DNA from: Pristiophorus japonicus
Taxonomy: Eukaryota
NCBI RefSeq assembly: GCF_044704955.1
Contig: NC_091995.1
Location: forward strand, 49,910,001-49,974,000
DNA length: 64,000 bases
Direction of reading: 5' to 3'
Positions within the stretch are counted from its first letter, which is position 1, and the number at the start of each line of letters is the position of its first letter. The translations under genes were made by a program, and so were the position numbers. This document shows, piece after piece, positions 61,801 to 64,000 of this stretch. The notes under the pieces were generated by a model. That model saw nothing but the letters and a program-made list of their open reading frames with translations. It had not been told where the DNA came from and did no database searches.

Positions 61801-62905
61801 CTCCACCTGCTCCTCGATAACGTGCATGCTGTGATCCTTAACAATGAATCCATCACAGACCCAATCCATGTCTGGACCGGGGTCAAGCGGGTCTGCGTCA
61901 TCGCCTCAACCCTCTTCTCAATCTTCCTGGCTGTCATGCTCCAACTCACAGTCGAAAAGCTCCCCGCTGGAGTGGCACTAAACTATGGAACCAGTGAGAA
62001 CCTATTCAAACTTCGCCATCTCCAGGCCAGGTCCAAAACCATGCCAACCTCTGTCATTAGCTACAGTACGCGGATGATGCCTGCGTCTGCGCACATACAG
62101 AGGCTAAACTCCAGGACATAGTCGACATATCTATAAAAGCATGGGCATTACACTAAACATCAGTAAGACAAAGGTCCTCCACCAGCCTGTCCTCACCGCA
62201 CAGTCCTGCACCCCCCAGTCATCAAGATCGACGGCATGGCCCTGGACAATGTGGACCACTTCCCATATTTCGGGAGTCTCCTATCAACAAGGACCATGTA
62301 CAGTAGACACCGCAAGTCACTGGAGAAATACCACCAACGATGCCTCCGCAAGATCCTACAAATCCCCTGGGAGAACAAACACACTAACGTTAGCGCCCTC
62401 AACCAGGCCAACATCCTCAGTATTGAAGCACTGATCACACTGGGTCAGCACCGCTGGGCAGGCTACATATTTCGCATGCCAGACACGAGACTCTCAAAGC
62501 AAGCGCTCTACTCGGAACTCCTTCACGGCAAACGAGCCAAAGGTGGGCAGTGAAAATGTTACAAGGACACCCTCAAAGCCACCCTGATGAACTGGAGGAA
62601 GTTCATCCAGGAGGGTGCTGAGCAACCTGAGTCTCATCGCTGAAAGCATGGAAAAATCAAGCGCAGGCAGTGGAAAGAGCATGCGACAAACCAGTCCCAT
62701 GCACCCGTTTCCTCAACGAGTACTTGTCCCACCTGTGACAGAGACTGTGGTTCTCATATTGGACTGTACAGCCACTAAGGACTCATGTTAAGAGTGGAAG
62801 CATGTCTTCCTCGATTCGAAGGAATGATGATGCTGATGATGATACTAAATTGGATGAATTACAAGTACATTGCTGTTTCACCTGGAAGGAGTATTTGGGG
62901 CCCTG
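58820..62905 (-). mobile_element. Penelope-like element 3' end (GIY-YIG endonuclease + pLTR), split by an RTE into 62842-62905 and 58820-59334
   Basis: QGPKYSFQVKQQCTCNSSNL joined to IYCIRCSHCDLLYIGDSKCRLGDRFAEHL. pLTR with a decayed hammerhead at ~58868-58905. Confidence 0.85.
59335..62841 (+). mobile_element. Near full-length RTE LINE (APE endonuclease + RT, disrupted)
   Basis: MKFRTWNVRT, DIAALSETR, NAYAPT, ILLGDF, GADGIPAE and QHRWAGY motifs; (ATG)n tail. TSD ATA(T/C)TAAATTG at 59324-59334 and 62842-62852. Confidence 0.92.
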
Positions 62906-63675
62906 GGACACAGGAGCATACCTTTTCTTTGATATCATTACCCTCTGCACCACTTGTCACACCACCAGTCTTTAATAGCAATCGACGCACAGACTGGTAA
63001 TCAAGATGAGCACTGAGGCGATGGCAGCTGCCATTCTCCATATCTCCCACCAATTATACTGAAGTTTTCCTGATTGGTGGTGCAACTTAGACCTGTCGCT
63101 GGTGGAGTCCTCCACTGCTTCGGCCGATCCTTTGCCAACTCTACCTGAACCCGTCCCCCAGCGATGATCTGCCGACTTTGACAGATACATCTCATCGCTG
63201 TGGTCAGGGTCTTCTCTACCGCTGCCTGAGTGGTGTGTGTCATCCACATCCAGCTCATCATCCCACCATGGGCTAAAGACCGGGCCGGTAAGGGCTCTAT
63301 CTGCCAGGTGGAAGTCTCCCAAGGTGAAGGAGTCTGAGATTTGGAGACAGAAGGTATAATTATTCACACATATTAATCCTCCATAGAGGTAGTACTTTTT
63401 GTCAGACAGAAGACACAACTGGGTCGGAGATGCTTGTACTGTCCTGGAAGGAATCTCTAGAGGCTCAACTGTTACCACCACTGCAGAGTTATTATCTATA
63501 GGTTTCAGAGCATTGCAGTTACACACTATGTAATGCTGCGATTCGGTGAAGCAATCACCCGTGGTCATAAGGAGTGTGTTATTGGTGCCTGGCTCAGTAT
63601 ACCCATGTGCCCCTACTCGGTAAACCAACTTGTCTCTGATCACTCCCAGAGATTCACATTTATATACCTCTGTAT
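62906..63675 (-). pseudogene. env: C-terminal half of a viral-type envelope glycoprotein (Cys-rich ectodomain, heptad region, Trp-rich segment, TM), candidate F-like env
   Basis: VYKCESLGVIRD..LMTTGDCFTESQHYIVCN..TQLCLLS..CVNNYTFCL. A shifted frame gives QAAVEKTLTTAMRCICQSRQII, then NWWEIWRMAAAIASVLILITSLC. N-glycosylation sequons NNT, NNS, NYT. Confidence 0.6.
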
Positions 63676-64000
63676 ACATAAGAACATACGAACATAAGAA
63701 ATAGAAGCAGGAGTAGGTCTTACAGCCCCTGAAGCCTGCTCCGCCATTCAATAAGATCATGGCTGATCTGATCATGGACTCAGCTCTACTTCCCTGCCTG
63801 CTCCCCATAAACCCTTATTCCCTTATCGTTTAAGAAACTGTCTATTTATGTCTTAAATTTATTCAATGTCCCAACTTCCACAGTTCTCGGAGGCAGTGAA
63901 TTCCACAGATTTACAATCCTCTGAGAGAAGAAATTTCTCCTCATCTCTGTTTTAAATGGGCGGCCCCTTATTCTAAGATCATGCCCTCTAGTTCTAGTCG
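63676..64000 (-). mobile_element. CR1 LINE 3' end (continues beyond the window)
   Basis: Reverse complement of the 3' end seen at 8680-8986; acataaga tail. Confidence 0.9.

Noticed and set aside
63676-63808. N-terminus of the 278-aa ORF as an env leader
   Set aside because: It is the CR1 3' UTR read through in frame by chance.

Overview
Eukaryotic, non-bacterial DNA, almost certainly from a cartilaginous fish (shark), judged from the repeat families and the receptor family. The host content is a decaying tandem array of two-exon class A (rhodopsin-like) GPCR genes of the shark-expanded GPR139/GPR142-like type. It comprises one open exon 2 (1065-1999), one complete but disabled gene with promoter, exon 1 and exon 2 (40294-43907), and three or four 3' fragments, partly generated by a tandem segmental duplication. 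Most of the remaining sequence is nested mobile DNA: many CR1 LINEs (one headed by a 1.35 kb purine-rich satellite), RTE and L2 LINEs, Penelope-like fragments carrying minimal hammerhead ribozyme motifs, PIF/Harbinger-like non-autonomous elements and solo LTRs. There is also a 6.4 kb class III (ERV-L/ERV-S-like, tRNA-Ser primed) provirus, and relics of a second, tRNA-Leu primed retrovirus-like lineage with a candidate paramyxovirus-F-like envelope (lokiretrovirus-like). The most notable observations are the F-like env/Leu-primed retroviral lineage, a U1 snRNA 5' end captured inside the provirus, a P3 homeodomain palindrome plus TATA promoter on the GPCR family, and a TSD-flanked Penelope fold-back centred on a hammerhead stem. 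All family assignments come from motif recognition by eye, without database searches. Repeat boundaries without TSDs are approximate.
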